A stretch of 63,127 bases of DNA, the filler included, from Octopus bimaculoides (lineage: Eukaryota): assembly GCF_001194135.2 (NCBI RefSeq). It is 5 parts of 5 records of this genome, joined end to end, with 100 filler letters (N's around TTAATTAATTAA, not from the genome) between each part and the next. Parts side by side here need not be neighbours in the genome. Positions count along the whole stretch, not along the records: positions 1 to 28,798 come from NC_069003.1; positions 28,899 to 46,352 come from NC_068982.1; 3 more parts are not named here. One strand, written 5' to 3'. The notes beneath the pieces are model-generated. The model saw nothing but the letters and a program-made list of their open reading frames with translations. It did no database searches and was not told where the DNA came from. Both the position numbers and the translations under genes were made by a program. Shown here one piece after another: positions 24,810 to 37,319 of the stretch; positions within the stretch are counted from its first letter, which is position 1; each line of letters begins with the position of its first letter.

Positions 24810-25500
24810 CATTCACTAAAGGCGTAAACGCACAGCTTGGTTTCGTAATTATGTTCGTTTATCTTTCGACAAACGTACAAGAAGAAGATTTTTGTAGCAG
24901 ATAACTTCCTTAGATCTGATCTTACAACTTCTAGGTTTAAAATTAAATTCGCTTTCGGTTAACGTTACCATATTTGGTAACATTAACCAGTACGAGCTAC
25001 AATACTTCCCTATCAAAACGGTTGCTGACACTTTTTCCAGCAAACCATTTTTTAGCCTGTTTTAATATGCACTAACCAACAGATTTTTTTTTTTAGTTTT
25101 CGTACCTAAATGTGAAAAGAATTTTCCCGACGTTTTTCAGCCTGAATTTCGGGTCCATGAAATTCGAGACCCTTTAGATAGATTCATTTTTGCGGCTAGA
25201 GGTTCTGTTTTTAGGCCCTTAGTTATAAGACGTCTCTCAACTTTCTCGTATCCGTATTTTCACTCACATCTACTTACAAAAATACACATGATTCTGTAAA
25301 TTTCGTATAATACTAATTAGACTTATTATAAACATTGTTAAAGATATTTCTTCTTTTCATCTTTTTCATTAACACTTTCATCCATAGCATTACTTATATC
25401 ATTTATATTAGTAAATGATATTAACAGCATTTTTGATGTTATTTTAATAGCTTTTTCAAATTTCATTTTACTACAAAGATTAGGTTTCAAATTTCACTAA
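24810..25500 (-). pseudogene. Second hAT fragment, paralogous to about 22030-22520
   Basis: Direct nucleotide similarity, e.g. TTCGCTTTCG(A/G)TTAACGTT(G/A)CCATATTTG and AAATGTGAAAAGAA. Confidence 0.7.
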
Positions 25501-25592
25501 TGAATTTTGAGTACTCAAATGACTGCTGTATATTATAACATTTCTCATCATCGCAAAATAATTTGGAGAACACTTATATCGATACGAATTAT

Positions 25593-26095
25593 AAGTTAAT
25601 ACTAGCTGGCCCCGTGCCATCAAAAATGACGACTGATTGTAGTATTTTATATGTCAATATGGATGGTAAATCAAATAAATACACTTGTCAATGTTGGTTG
25701 TCTTTTTTCGAGATGTGACATTGAACGTCGTTTGTAACTGAATGAACGCTGGTTCACACATACATTCACATACTTCCCTTGTACACGCACACACATACAC
25801 ACATATACTCACACAGAGTTGAAACGCTGTTTGATTTTTCTTTTTTGCGTTGAATGTTCACCATCCCACTTACATTGCACACACACGCACACAACCACAC
25901 AACCACATGCACACACACACAAACATTCACATACCTCCCTTTTACATACACACACACACATATACTCACAGAGAGTTGAAACGCTCCCACTACCAGTTTG
26001 TCATCATCCCCTCCTTCCTTATTCATCTATCACCCCTTCCTTTCTCATTCATATGTTGTGACGGAGAGAAACACAAGAGTATTATTATAGTAGGT
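25593..26095 (+). mobile_element. Possible non-autonomous Helitron/Helentron-like (HINE) element with internal tandem core
   Basis: Starts TACTAGCTGGCCCCGTGCC, contains two ~70-bp repeats ending CATATACTCAC.GAGTTGAAACGCT, and ends TATTATTATAGTAG. Confidence 0.4.
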
Positions 26096-26344
26096 GATTC
26101 CATTTCAGTAGGTTATTTTCCTATTCCTGAGTTGTGACACACGTACGAGGTGCATTCTAGGCGTTTGGGGACTTTTTAAAGAGAGGCAGTTACAACTGTT
26201 CTAGATTATTGTAATGTTAGTATACCATTATTATACATCTAATAAGCTGACCTATCAACTTGTTTATTCCAGATGGAAAGAGATGGCTCTAACAGCACTC
26301 TGAAATCACTCTACTAAACAGTGCTTGTCACAACTGACTAACTT

Positions 26345-26670
26345 GTAAAATGCAGTTAGGATGGTTGGAAGCTCGCTAGACGGAAACTGAAAAAAGCCTG
26401 TCGTGTATATATATGTTTATATCTGTGTGTGCACGCGTGTGTGCATGTATGTGTGTTTTTGTGTCTGTGTTTCTCCCCCCATCACCGCTTGACAGCCTGG
26501 GTTGGTGTGTTTATGTCCCCGTAACTTAGCGACTCGGCAAAAGAGAACGATAGAGTAGGAAGTAGGCTTTAAAAACAATAAGTCCTGGGATTGACCTGTT
26601 CGACTAAAACCCTTCCAGGCGGTGCTCCAGCATGGCCACAGTCAAATGATTGAAACAAGTAAAAGCGCAC
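26345..26670 (+). mobile_element. SINE family C, 5'-truncated
   Basis: TAGACGGAAACTGAAA..GTAACTTAGCGACTCGGCAAAAG..GGCGGTGCTCCAGCATGG. Confidence 0.8.
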
Positions 26671-26705
26671 GGAAAACAATGAGGAAGATAATGCATGCAT
26701 ATACA

Positions 26706-26793
<88 letters not shown>

Positions 26794-27784
26794 TGTGTTG
26801 TCCATATATACATACACATTCATGTACGTCTACACACACACACACATAAACACACACACACATAAACACACACACACCCACACACATGCATGTATGTATG
26901 TATGTATGTATGTATGTATGTATGTGTAAATATCACGACAGGGTAGAGGGATTGATTTCATTCAAGAGGATCCGTTAAGGATGGAGGAATATCAAAGTGA
27001 AGCGCACCACAATTAAAGTTTAGACAGAATCAACCTAAATCGGGCAGTTAAGTACTCCGTTGACGTAGCACTGAAACACATCGATGATGCGAAGTTCACA
27101 GCTGGTCGGTAATCTGCAACTTCACGAGAACCCAAAGACGTGTGGTGTATAAACAACAGAAACAGGCGAATAGGTTATCTGGTATTGCTACAATTGTTTC
27201 ATCGAGATTCATTGTGACGTAAACATGGTACAGTCAGATAAGTTTCGGACAGATAGACGATACAAAGGCAGACAGGAAAAACAACAATTAGAAGGACAGG
27301 GGGAGAAAAGGACGGATCATTCGTAGCCTTCTTTCTTCAGTCAAGTTACCAGATGTCCTTACAGTTTCGGGCAGTTACACTTGAGACTGTTCGATCTAGT
27401 TCTCCCACCCAAAAAAGTCTAAGCTAAGAGCATTAGTTTATTTTTTCATGCACGCCAGCTCAATCTGATTCGTCCTCAGTCGAAAGACACCTGTTGGTAT
27501 ATTCCTGCTGTTTGTATTTGCAATTGTGTACCATGTTCTCCGTTTTTTGTCTTTGTTGCCGAACACATTCGCTAGCTTTCTTACAAAATATCTAATGCTC
27601 ATAGCTTAGACGTAGACTAATGACCCGTCCTTTTTCCCTAGCCTTCTAATTGTTGTTTTTTCCTGTCAGTCTTTGTATTGTTTATCTGTCCGAATGTTTT
27701 ATTATCCTCTATTGTGTTTTTGTTCCATTTTTTATATTTATACACACACACACACACACATACATACACACACACACACACACA

Positions 27785-28747
27785 CAAATATATGTACGAC
27801 GGCTTTCGAAGAAAACACTTGCCAAGGTGCCACGCAGTGGGATTGACCCCCGAAACCATGTGACTGCGAAGCAAACTTCTTACCACACGCAGCTATGCCC
27901 ATAAAGAAAATATCGAATTTCTTTGATTCAAACTTTCGATCACAACTATAAACTATTTGCTAAATGTGCCGTACAGCAAACAATTAGTTTCCGAACAACG
28001 GATATCACATTACGGTTTCAATTTCCAGTTGGATGCAATTATTCATTCTACATACTTTTACCAATACTCATGAGAAAGACAGCAATGGCAAATGTCCGGT
28101 CCTTTTAAGCAAATCTAGGTCCCTTGTATCTCGGCAAAATGAACCAATAAGAGTTTATGTAAATAGAGCAGTGTTTTTGTACGGAATAATTGTATAAGAT
28201 ATTTAGAGTGTGCATGCGTGCGTACGTTTACACACGTATGAGTGGAGAGAGATACATCTTGGTGGAATATTTTAAAAGACTGCAGATACGAAGAGGGCTG
28301 ATGTGTTTAGGATGTAGATCCACTTGGAATATAAAATGTTTAGAGCTAATATGTATTTAGAACGCTGCTGCGTTGAGCTAGTATGTTTAATGTTTGTAAG
28401 TATTCTCATGTTGCCTCTTTTTATGTCAAACCTCTAACTTAATCGATTAATAAATATAGCTTCGATTAAAACTCAGAAAGCACGTGATCACAGCCAAATC
28501 AGAGAAACTAATACATACATATATTCCTTTATTCTTTCATTCTTTCATTCTTTTACTTGTTTCAGTCATTTGACTGTGGCCATGATGGAGCACCGCCTTT
28601 AGTCGAACAAATCGAAACCAGGAATTATTCTTTGCAAGCTTAGTGCTTATTCTGTCGGTCCCTTCTGCCGAACCCCTAAGTTACGGGGATGTAAACACAT
28701 CAACATCGATTGTCAAGTGATGGTGGGGAGACAAATACAAATACGCG

Positions 28748-28750
<3 letters not shown>
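27785..28750 (-). mobile_element. Two partial SINE family C pieces (27785-27900 head half; 28540-28750 tail half)
   Basis: Reverse complement of family C blocks. Confidence 0.7.
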
Positions 28751-28798
<48 letters not shown>

Positions 28799-29973
28799 NN
28801 NNNNNNNNNNNNNNNNNNNNNNNNNNNNNNNNNNNNNNNNNNTTAATTAATTAANNNNNNNNNNNNNNNNNNNNNNNNNNNNNNNNNNNNNNNNNNNNTG
28901 GTGACTGCCCGCGTGCGGCACACCACTGCTTTTCCCTCCCCCTCCATTAACCCTCGTGGGGCGATCGGCTCGAGCGCTCTCCTCCCCCACCAAACACAAC
29001 CCCACCGCCAACTCGTGTCCGTCCAGTATTTAACAAATGAGAAAAAGAGAGAATGGAATTTTCCACCCATCTTTCATCGGTCCCTTGCGGGTGAGATTCT
29101 GGAAAACTGGTTGTGGTACATCATTTGGTGCAGATGTGTCTCGTCAGGTGACTTTTTAAAAGGTGCCTCGCTCCGGACTTACTGTATTGTTTTAAGTTGA
29201 TATTGTACCTAATTGTATGCAGTCCTATATTTACTTATGGTTGTCACAAAATACTTGTTACTGAACGCTGAACAGTAAGATGGAATATATGCAAAATCAG
29301 GCAGTAAAAAATGTTATTGACTGTTTATTCAATTAACATGTATGTATATACTGACCATGCTATTATTGCTTGAGCAATATTCTATGTTATTGATATTGTA
29401 TCTCTTTGTTGCAAACTCCCACGCATTTGTGCATATAACTACTCTACACATATCTGTTGGTGCTGGAGCGTGTGTTCGTGTGTCCGTGAGGCTATGTAAG
29501 TATGTATGCTATCCGTATATATATATATATATATATNNNNNNNNNNNNNNNNNNNNNNNNNNNNNNNNNNNNNNNNNNNNNNNNNNNNNNNNNNNNNNNN
29601 NNNNNNNNNNNNNNNNNNNNNNNNNNNNNNNNNNNNNNNNNNNNNNNNNNNNNNNNNNNNNNNNNNNNNNNNNNNNNNNNNNNNNNNNNNNNNNNNNNNN
29701 NNNNNNNNNNNNNNNNNNNNNNNNNNNNNNNNNNNNNNNNNNNNNNNNNNNNNNNNNNNNNNNNNNNNNNNNNNNNNNNNNNNNNNNNNNNNNNNNNNNN
29801 NNNNNNNNNNNNNNNNNNNNNNNNNNNNNNNNNNNNNNNNNNNNNNNNNNNNNNNNNNNNNNNNNNNNNNNNNNNNNNNNNNNNNNNNNNNNNNNNNNNN
29901 NNNNNNNNNNNNNNNNNNNNNNNNNNNNNNNNNNNNNNNNNNNNNNNNNNNNNNNTATATATATATAGATAGA

Positions 29974-30087
29974 TAGATATGTGAAGCAGATACTTGGGGC
30001 AGTTGATACCCTAGATATGTGAAGCAGATACTTGGGGCAGTTGATACTCTAGATATGTGAAGCAGATACTTGGAGCAGTTGATACCC
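29974..30087. repeat. Three tandem 38-bp units
   Basis: TAGATATGTGAAGCAGATACTTGG(G/A)GCAGTTGATAC(C/T)C starting at 29974, 30012 and 30050. Confidence 0.95.
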
Positions 30088-30201
30088 CGTAGTAACATGG
30101 AATGACCGCAACAGCCTACTGATTATATGGTGTATGGGGAGAGGAGGGTTAGCCGAACAGTTGGGAATCTGTGAGCTGAAGGTGAGGGGGGGATATGTTT
30201 T

Positions 30202-30253
<52 letters not shown>

Positions 30254-30832
30254 TGTATATATGTATGTATCTTTATCCCATAGAACTCCATAGTCGAGTC
30301 GCCAAATGTCTAATTAACTGCTCAAGTGCGTTGTTGTGTTTTGTCTGTTCGTTTTCTACTTGATTGTCTTTTTTTTATGACTTTATATATCTTTATCAAA
30401 CTAAAATAGTACCTATTCATTGTATACTTATCTATTTATGAGTAACTATAAGTAGGTCCAATACCTCTAAAAAAATTAATTGTACTCCAGTTCAAGTCAT
30501 TCCAAACTACGATACCCATTGTGCGCAACCAGCTACAGGCAAATATCGAACTAAGCGAAATCGAGTTTATTGAGCGACGTACCTTTTGAAATTCACATGA
30601 CAAAACACATCTGCACCGAATGATGCACCACAACCTGTTGTCCAGAACCTCATCCGAGAGGGACCGATGGAAGATGAGTGGAAACGATCGTTGTGACTAA
30701 TAAAGAATCTCGTTAATTCCATTTTCTCTTTCTTTCATTTGTTATGCATACATTTGTTTGTTATACTATGTTATTCATATTGTATATCATTGTTGCAAAC
30801 TCACACGCATATAACTACTCCACACATATCTG

Positions 30833-31637
30833 CATGACTGGATTAAGACCCATAGAGGCCCCTAGCACTTAAAAGATTTTGGTGCCTCCGTTGTTGGCAC
30901 TCCGTCGCTTACGACGTCGAGGGTTCCAGTTGATCCGATCAACGGAACAGCCTGCTCGTGAAATTAACGTGCAAGTGGCTGAGCACTCCACAGACACGTG
31001 TACCCTTAACGTAGTTCTCAGGGACATTCAGCGTGACACAGTGTGACAAGGCTGACCCTTTGAATTACAGGCACAACAGAAACAGGAAGTAAGAGTGAGA
31101 GAAAGTTGTGGTGAAAGAGTACAGCAGAGTTCGCCACCATCCCCTGCCGGAGCATTGTGGAGCTTTAGGTGCTTTCGCTCAATAAACACTCACAACACCC
31201 GGTCTGGGAATCGAAACCGCGGTCTTATGACCGCAAGTCGGCTGCCCTAACCACTGGGCCATTGCGCCTCCACTTGGTGCCTCCATATATATGTAATTCG
31301 AAATATAAGCAATAACAAACCATGAAATAAATTTTTCTTTTTCAAAATGAAATAAAACTAACAGTAAAATGGAAGATAATGTTTATTTTTGTATACGTCC
31401 ATTTTATTTATATTTGAAAAGTTTTCTCCTACTTTTTTTTAATCGAAAAGCCTTTGATCAAATCTTCACTATGACATTATGTACACTTCGAAATTATATT
31501 TCCAATCATTTAAACGACTTTGAATGTTATTTTAGCAAGGTTAAAGTGATTTCTTTTGTGTCATAAACCATTTTTGTGGTCCCCCCCTTCCCTTGATGCC
31601 CCAAGCACATGCTTATTTTGCTTAATATCCAGAGCTG
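30833..31637. mobile_element. hAT-type MITE with 8-bp TSD
   Basis: Ends CATGACTGGATTAAG / CTTAATATCCAGAGCTG; TSD CATATCTG at 30825-30832 and 31638-31645; the empty site is present in the paralog at about 29447. Confidence 0.85.
30890..31273 (-). mobile_element. SINE family B nested in the MITE, 11-bp TSD
   Basis: TSD TTGGTGCCTCC at 30879-30889 and 31274-31284. Confidence 0.93.
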
Positions 31638-31761
31638 CATATCTGTTGGTGCTGGAGCGTGTGTTTGCGTGTCCGTGTGGCCATGTATATATGTATCTAT
31701 GCATATCCGTATATATGTGCCTACGTGAATATATAAATATATACATAGATATATGAAGCAG

Positions 31762-31903
31762 ATGAGGAGTGGCTGTGTGGTAAGAAGCTTGCACATGGTT
31801 CCGGGTTCAGTCCCACTGCGTGGCACCTTGGGCAAGTGTCTTCTACTATAGCCTCGGATTTGGTGAGTGGATTTGGTAGACGGAAACTGAAAGAAGCCCG
31901 TCG

Positions 31904-31934
<31 letters not shown>

Positions 31935-32130
31935 CTGTGGTTGTTATCCTACCATCGCTTGACAACCGATGTTGGTGTGTTTACGTCCCCGTAGCTTAGC
32001 GGCTCGGCAAAAGTGACAGATAGAATAAGTACGAGGCTTACAAAGAATAAGTCCAGAGGCCGATTTGGTCAACGAAAGGTCGTGTTCCAGCATGGCCGCA
32101 GTCAACTGACTGAAAGAAGTAAAAGATTAA
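31762..32130 (+). mobile_element. SINE family C
   Basis: GGAGTGGCTGTGTGGTAAGAAGCTTGC head through CCAGCATGGCCGCAGTC tail. Confidence 0.88.
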
Positions 32131-32770
32131 AAGAATACATACATACACAAGTAAGCACATAAATGCAAAACAATGTGTGTTCGTGTGTGTGCGTGTGTGT
32201 AAGTGAATGCATACGCATGTGTACGCTTGCACGCACACTCACATATATAATACAGATATATAAAAAAAAAAAATGCAGACGAATTAAATCTGAAAATATC
32301 AAAAGACCCAAAGGGCCCAAAGTCGAAAACCAAAAATACATTAAGCTCCGAGATACAAATTTCAGCAAATGTGAATCCATTCATATCCTTAAGGACAACT
32401 GATCAACATAGAGTTGCCATATAAAACGGACACACTTGAAGCTGAATATAACTAAGCAAAAGAGAATTTAAAAAAAGACAACTTCTAAAGCCAGGAACTG
32501 ATTTTCAACAGATGTAGCGAAATTGCATTAGCGATTAAATGACAGAAGTGTAAAAAAAAAAAATTTAAAATAAAAATTTTAAAAAATTATTGACTCTTTA
32601 GTATTGTTGTGAAGTAGTTAATGAACAACCTGTGATAAATGACATTTATGTGCTGCATATAACAGTCACAAAATCATACTAGTTTGAGTATAAGTTTTCA
32701 TTCTGTTTATTTAACCAGGAGCATAATATATATACGATAGCTTGTATATTTATTCTAATGCGTTCAAGCA

Positions 32771-32959
32771 GATTTGAATATAAATATGTTAATCGCTGTT
32801 GTGTTTCGCCACAAGAGGATAACTTCCATGTTCATAGCACGCTTGATTCATTAATGCAAAGGAATTAGGAACAGCCAGAGTTTGGATATCGTTATGTCTC
32901 ATCAGTTGTTCTCCTGTGATGAAACACAACAGCGATTTGCATATTTACATTGGAATCTG
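32771..32959. repeat. Imperfect inverted repeat (~53-bp arms)
   Basis: AATCGCTGTTGTGTTTC (32791-32807) versus GAAACACAACAGCGATT (32921-32937), extending on both sides. Confidence 0.85.
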
Positions 32960-33281
32960 TCGAAATATATTAAGAATAAATGTGCACGTTATTATTTTGA
33001 TTCTTGCAGTTCACCATGCATATGGCGATTTATTATCGTATAAACAATTTTACAGCAGTCGAATAACTAACAGCATTTGAGAATTAACGAATAAGAAAAC
33101 ATCTGGTCACTGGCACGTGCTGATATATAATACTGCGATGATTCATAATTAGAGAGGACAGAGTAAGTTAAGGAAATAAAAATGATTTTTCGCAAGATTT
33201 ATCAACATAACTCCATGTAGTGTCTTCAGCCGTTAATATTTGAAAATAGAATTGAGAAGCCATCACATAGAGAAAAACGAC

Positions 33282-33556
33282 ACTTTTTTATATATCACCG
33301 GTAAAAAACTTCCAGAACATTCTATTTGGGGGGAAGGATCAAATGGCTTTTCCCCTCCTTCTCTCTCTCTCCCTCTCTCTCTCTCGTTAGATTTGCTCGC
33401 CTCTTTATAAACAGTCGGCAAAAGTGTTTCAAAACATTCTATAAACCATTTGGCAGGAAGAATCTGATAGTTCTATCTCCCCTTTTTTTTTGTTACATTT
33501 GCTCGCCTTTTTATATACATTGGGCAAAAAAGTTCCAGAACTTTCTATAAATCATT
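33282..33556. repeat. Three diverged ~105-115-bp repeats containing HSE-like triads
   Basis: ATTTGCTCGCCT..TTCCAGAAC..TTCTATAAA blocks; TTCcaGAAcaTTC at 33310, TTCcaGAActTTC at 33533, and a degenerate copy at 33427. Confidence 0.7.
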
Positions 33557-34159
33557 TTATGATCTGACTGGCTGAGCCACAATCATTAGACTTTTATTGC
33601 AGCCGTGGTCCAAAGCTGAGAAATATGAATGTGATGGTTCAAAATACTGTCATCTCGCTTCAACAACACCTAATAGGTTGTATTATTGAGTGACATAAAT
33701 CAAGCCAAAATAACGTCTTTGTGAGTTTTTAAATTACTAAGACGATTCTTATACGATATATTTGCTTCAGTTTCCATTTAGGTCTCAGATCAAATATAAT
33801 TCTGATATGTATGCATGTATGTATGTATGTATGTATGGATGGATGGATGGATGTGTATGTGTGTGTGCGTGTGCGGGCGGGCGTGCATGTGTGAATGCAT
33901 TTAAATAAATCAGCTTCTGAAGGAAGTGATAACGAATTGCGGCATCGTAAACACACGCAAAGTATGCAGTTAAATTCTAATTCCTCTTATGCCTAATTTT
34001 TCTGTCGACACATTGACACTTCGTTGTACACGCATCATGTGACAGAGCATACCAACTTAATTTCTTTCTAATCTGCCCATGTCCTCTGCATTCAGAACCC
34101 ACATATTACTACTATGTAGCATTGCTGTTCGCACAGAAATATCATACAATCTGCCTTCC

Positions 34160-34169
<10 letters not shown>

Positions 34170-34197
<28 letters not shown>

Positions 34198-36230
34198 CTT
34201 GATACTAACAGTGGTAATAACTCTCTGAACTTTCCCCATCCTATATTTACTCTAGCACCTATACTTTCAGAACATACGCCTTTAATGCTAATTAGGTCAC
34301 CTAGGTAACAGAGACCATCTAGTACCTCAAGGGAGTTTCTAGAGTATACAAAAAAATCTATTTACCATGTTCTTAGTGTTCATTGGTCCAGCAATAAACA
34401 CTACTTTCTCCATAAGCCTTCCTATGATTCCACTGCACCTCTTGTGTGTCCATAGTGTATGGAATTCCTGCCTACATCTTTTCTATATACCAAGCAGAGC
34501 CACCTGAAGATAGTAGAGTCTTGTCTGTTTTCCTTCTTATTAGAACTTTTGATCTTTACTAAGTTAACCTCAAGAGCCCTTGATACCAGGTTCTGCTTCC
34601 ATACCAGGAATTTCTTTTCTAATTCTATAACAGATTCTGCTATGAGAATGAGATTATCAACATATAGTAGTGCCCAGGGGTAGCCAGTCTTAAATTTCTC
34701 TGTTATGACTTGGGGCACAACAATGACTAGGAGAGCACTGAGAACCATGCCCTGGTAAACTCCCAAAAATACTCTAATTTCATGGCTGAACTCATGGCTA
34801 ACTTTCACCTAACTGACTGCATCCCTGTACCTGGCATATACAGTTTTCACAAGCCATTCATCTACCCCTAGCTTCCTCAGAGATTACCATATCACACAGT
34901 GAGGGATTTTGTCAAAGGATTTCCCAGGTTAACAAAAGTCAAATACAATGATTTACTCTTAGCTAAATACTTCTCTTGCATTTGTTGCACTAATAATATA
35001 GCATCTGTAGTACTTCTCCCAAGTACAAACCCAAACTGCATCTTATCTAGTCTAATTCTATTCCTAATTAATTGAGCTATAACTCTCTTTGAAACTTGCA
35101 TGACCTGGTCCAACAATTTGATATCTCTGTAATTATTTCTATTTAAGGCATGGCATTTAACCTTGTAAAACCTGAATATAAAGCTACAACACTAGTCAAT
35201 GATATGATGCCTTCCTGAATAACCTCATTAACAGTAATGTGTGATTATACTATATGAGTGACTTGGCTGTAACCTACTCTGCTTATTATTTTAAGAGTCC
35301 CAGTGGTTATTCTTGATGGACCAAGGATCCTTCCCTGGCATCATATCCTTAATTGCCTTATCTATCATATTACAACTTGGATAGCTGGTTCCTTTGTTGG
35401 GTCAACGTTGGGGAGACTGTCTCCCATGCATTTTCCACATTTAATAATCTTTCATAGTAGTACTTCCATGCCTCTTTCTTTTCAGAATCACTAAGTGCAA
35501 GCATGTCACTATTCATCCATACACAGCATTCCAACATCTTGATTTTCTCTGACACACTGTCATGCAAACCAGAATACCTCACACCTCTTATTATCATGCT
35601 TCCTTTTTTGCTAAATAAACCTATTGTCTAGATTCCTTCTTAGCTATCTGATATAGCACTTTGTTGTTTCTGTTTTTCCATTCTTTCCAAGCCCATCGCT
35701 CCCCATTCATGGCTCTGTCTACCTCACTGTTCCACTACCATGTCACCCTCAGTCTTTCTGAATCTTTGTTCCAGCCACAGATTTGATCTGTAGACCTCAA
35801 TAGGTTGTCTTGTAAAAACTTCCCAGTTGACATCTATGCTATACCTCTCTCTCTCTCTCTTTCTCTCCTCTTCCTTGTCAAATGCTTTGATTAGAACATC
35901 TATAAAGCTCTGTTTAATGGATCTTTAAATGGAACACAAATTGCTCCACTAAACTTACTTAGGGCACTGTCCTTATGGCTAAGTTCTCCCCAGAATTTCC
36001 ACAAATCACAAATCAGTTAAAGTTGAAGCCATTTTGTCACTTCAATTTGCATTGCAACCTTGAAATTCTATGCAGGTTAGCCATAAAACCAACTTGATAT
36101 AACTGTTTATAACAGGTACCTATTCTTAGAATTTCTAGGAGACAGCTAGCCAGTTTGTGGTCTGTAGAATAAATTGCTTAGCCCCAGTGAATTTAAGTTC
36201 ACATTACCTTAACCACCTTATCAATTAACA
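34170..36230 (-). mobile_element. RTE-clade LINE relic (endonuclease C-terminus plus RT)
   Basis: GFVLGRSTTDAILLVQQMQEKYLAK, GVYQGMVLSALL and LLYVDNLILIAE (RT domains 2-5); stops and frameshifts. Confidence 0.88.
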
Positions 36231-36473
36231 CCTTGGTTACCCATATTGCTAATTTTCAATAAATGCCTCAATATGGTATGTAATACTATTTTCCATAAAA
36301 TTATCTTTATGCATATTTATTTCATATGAAGCTCACTCAGTATATTAACCTACATTTAGATATAATAACCCACGTTTAGCAGTGATAATATGGCATATCA
36401 GTTGATATGTAATGTGATATTATGTGATACTTAATATTTGATATAATTTATTTTAAATAAGATACTTTTATGA

Positions 36474-36539
<66 letters not shown>

Positions 36540-36992
36540 CATTATTATTATGTGTTTATTTAAAATATCATAAACTTAAGATAGTAAGACAGCTAAAGAT
36601 TGTATTTCAATTTCAAACTCTCCTAAGTAATAATATCTATCTTCAGTCAGACTTTGGATAAAATAAATAAGTCTTTTCATGGAACTAGTTCCATTAATTA
36701 TATGTACTTGTCATACAAACATACAGCTATGTGCCAGTGTCAAAAACTCTCATCATTATTAAATTAATAGTAATGTGAGATATTTAGTGAAATGTGTAAT
36801 TTTACCATCTGCTAACAGTATTACTCAAATATTAAATGAAATACATCATTCACTGCCAAATTTTTCCATAAATCTGTCAGGTTTTCCATATAAAATATGT
36901 TTAAATACAGCATTACTTATAAGACACCTCAAAATATAACTTAGCTTGTTAATACCAAAACTCTTTTGCTTAAATTTATTACCAAAAAAAAG

Positions 36993-37240
36993 TGGAGGCA
37001 TGTGGCTTAGTGGTTAGGGGTTAGGGCATTGGACTTATGATTGTAAGATTGTGGTTTTGGTTCCTAGACCAGGCAATGCATTCTGTTCTTAAGCAAAACA
37101 CTTCATTTCATTTTGCTCCAGTACTCTCTGCTGGCAAAAGTGAATAATCTTGTGACAGAGTGGCGTCCCGTCCAGGTGGGGAATATATCCACCACAGAAC
37201 CTGGGAAACTGGCCCTATGAGTCTATATGACTGGGGAAGT
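36993..37240 (+). mobile_element. tRNA-derived SINE with V-domain-like segment
   Basis: GTGGAGGCATGTGGCTTAGTGGTTAGG head; GTGACAGAGTGGCGTCCCGTCCAGG resembles the V-SINE domain as I recall it. Confidence 0.55.
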
Positions 37241-37319
37241 ATTTTTATCCTTTTTTTTCAATCGAAAAGACAGTTCTTTATAGTTCATTATTTAATACTT
37301 AATATATATACACGTAAAT

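Noticed and set aside
28843-28854. TTAATTAATTAA centred in N gaps (also 46397-46408, 50105-50116, 60966-60977)
   Set aside because: Identical six-frame-stop 12-mer flanked by Ns on both sides: an assembly spacer, not biology.
29974-30087. CRISPR-like appearance of the 38-bp repeat
   Set aside because: Units are contiguous with no spacers, in a eukaryotic context.
33599-33960. Weak exon candidates downstream of the HSE-like repeats
   Set aside because: Short, weak splice signals, no recognisable homology.
37010-37027. GGTTAGGGGTTAGGG telomere-like motif
   Set aside because: A small duplication within a SINE head; only two units.
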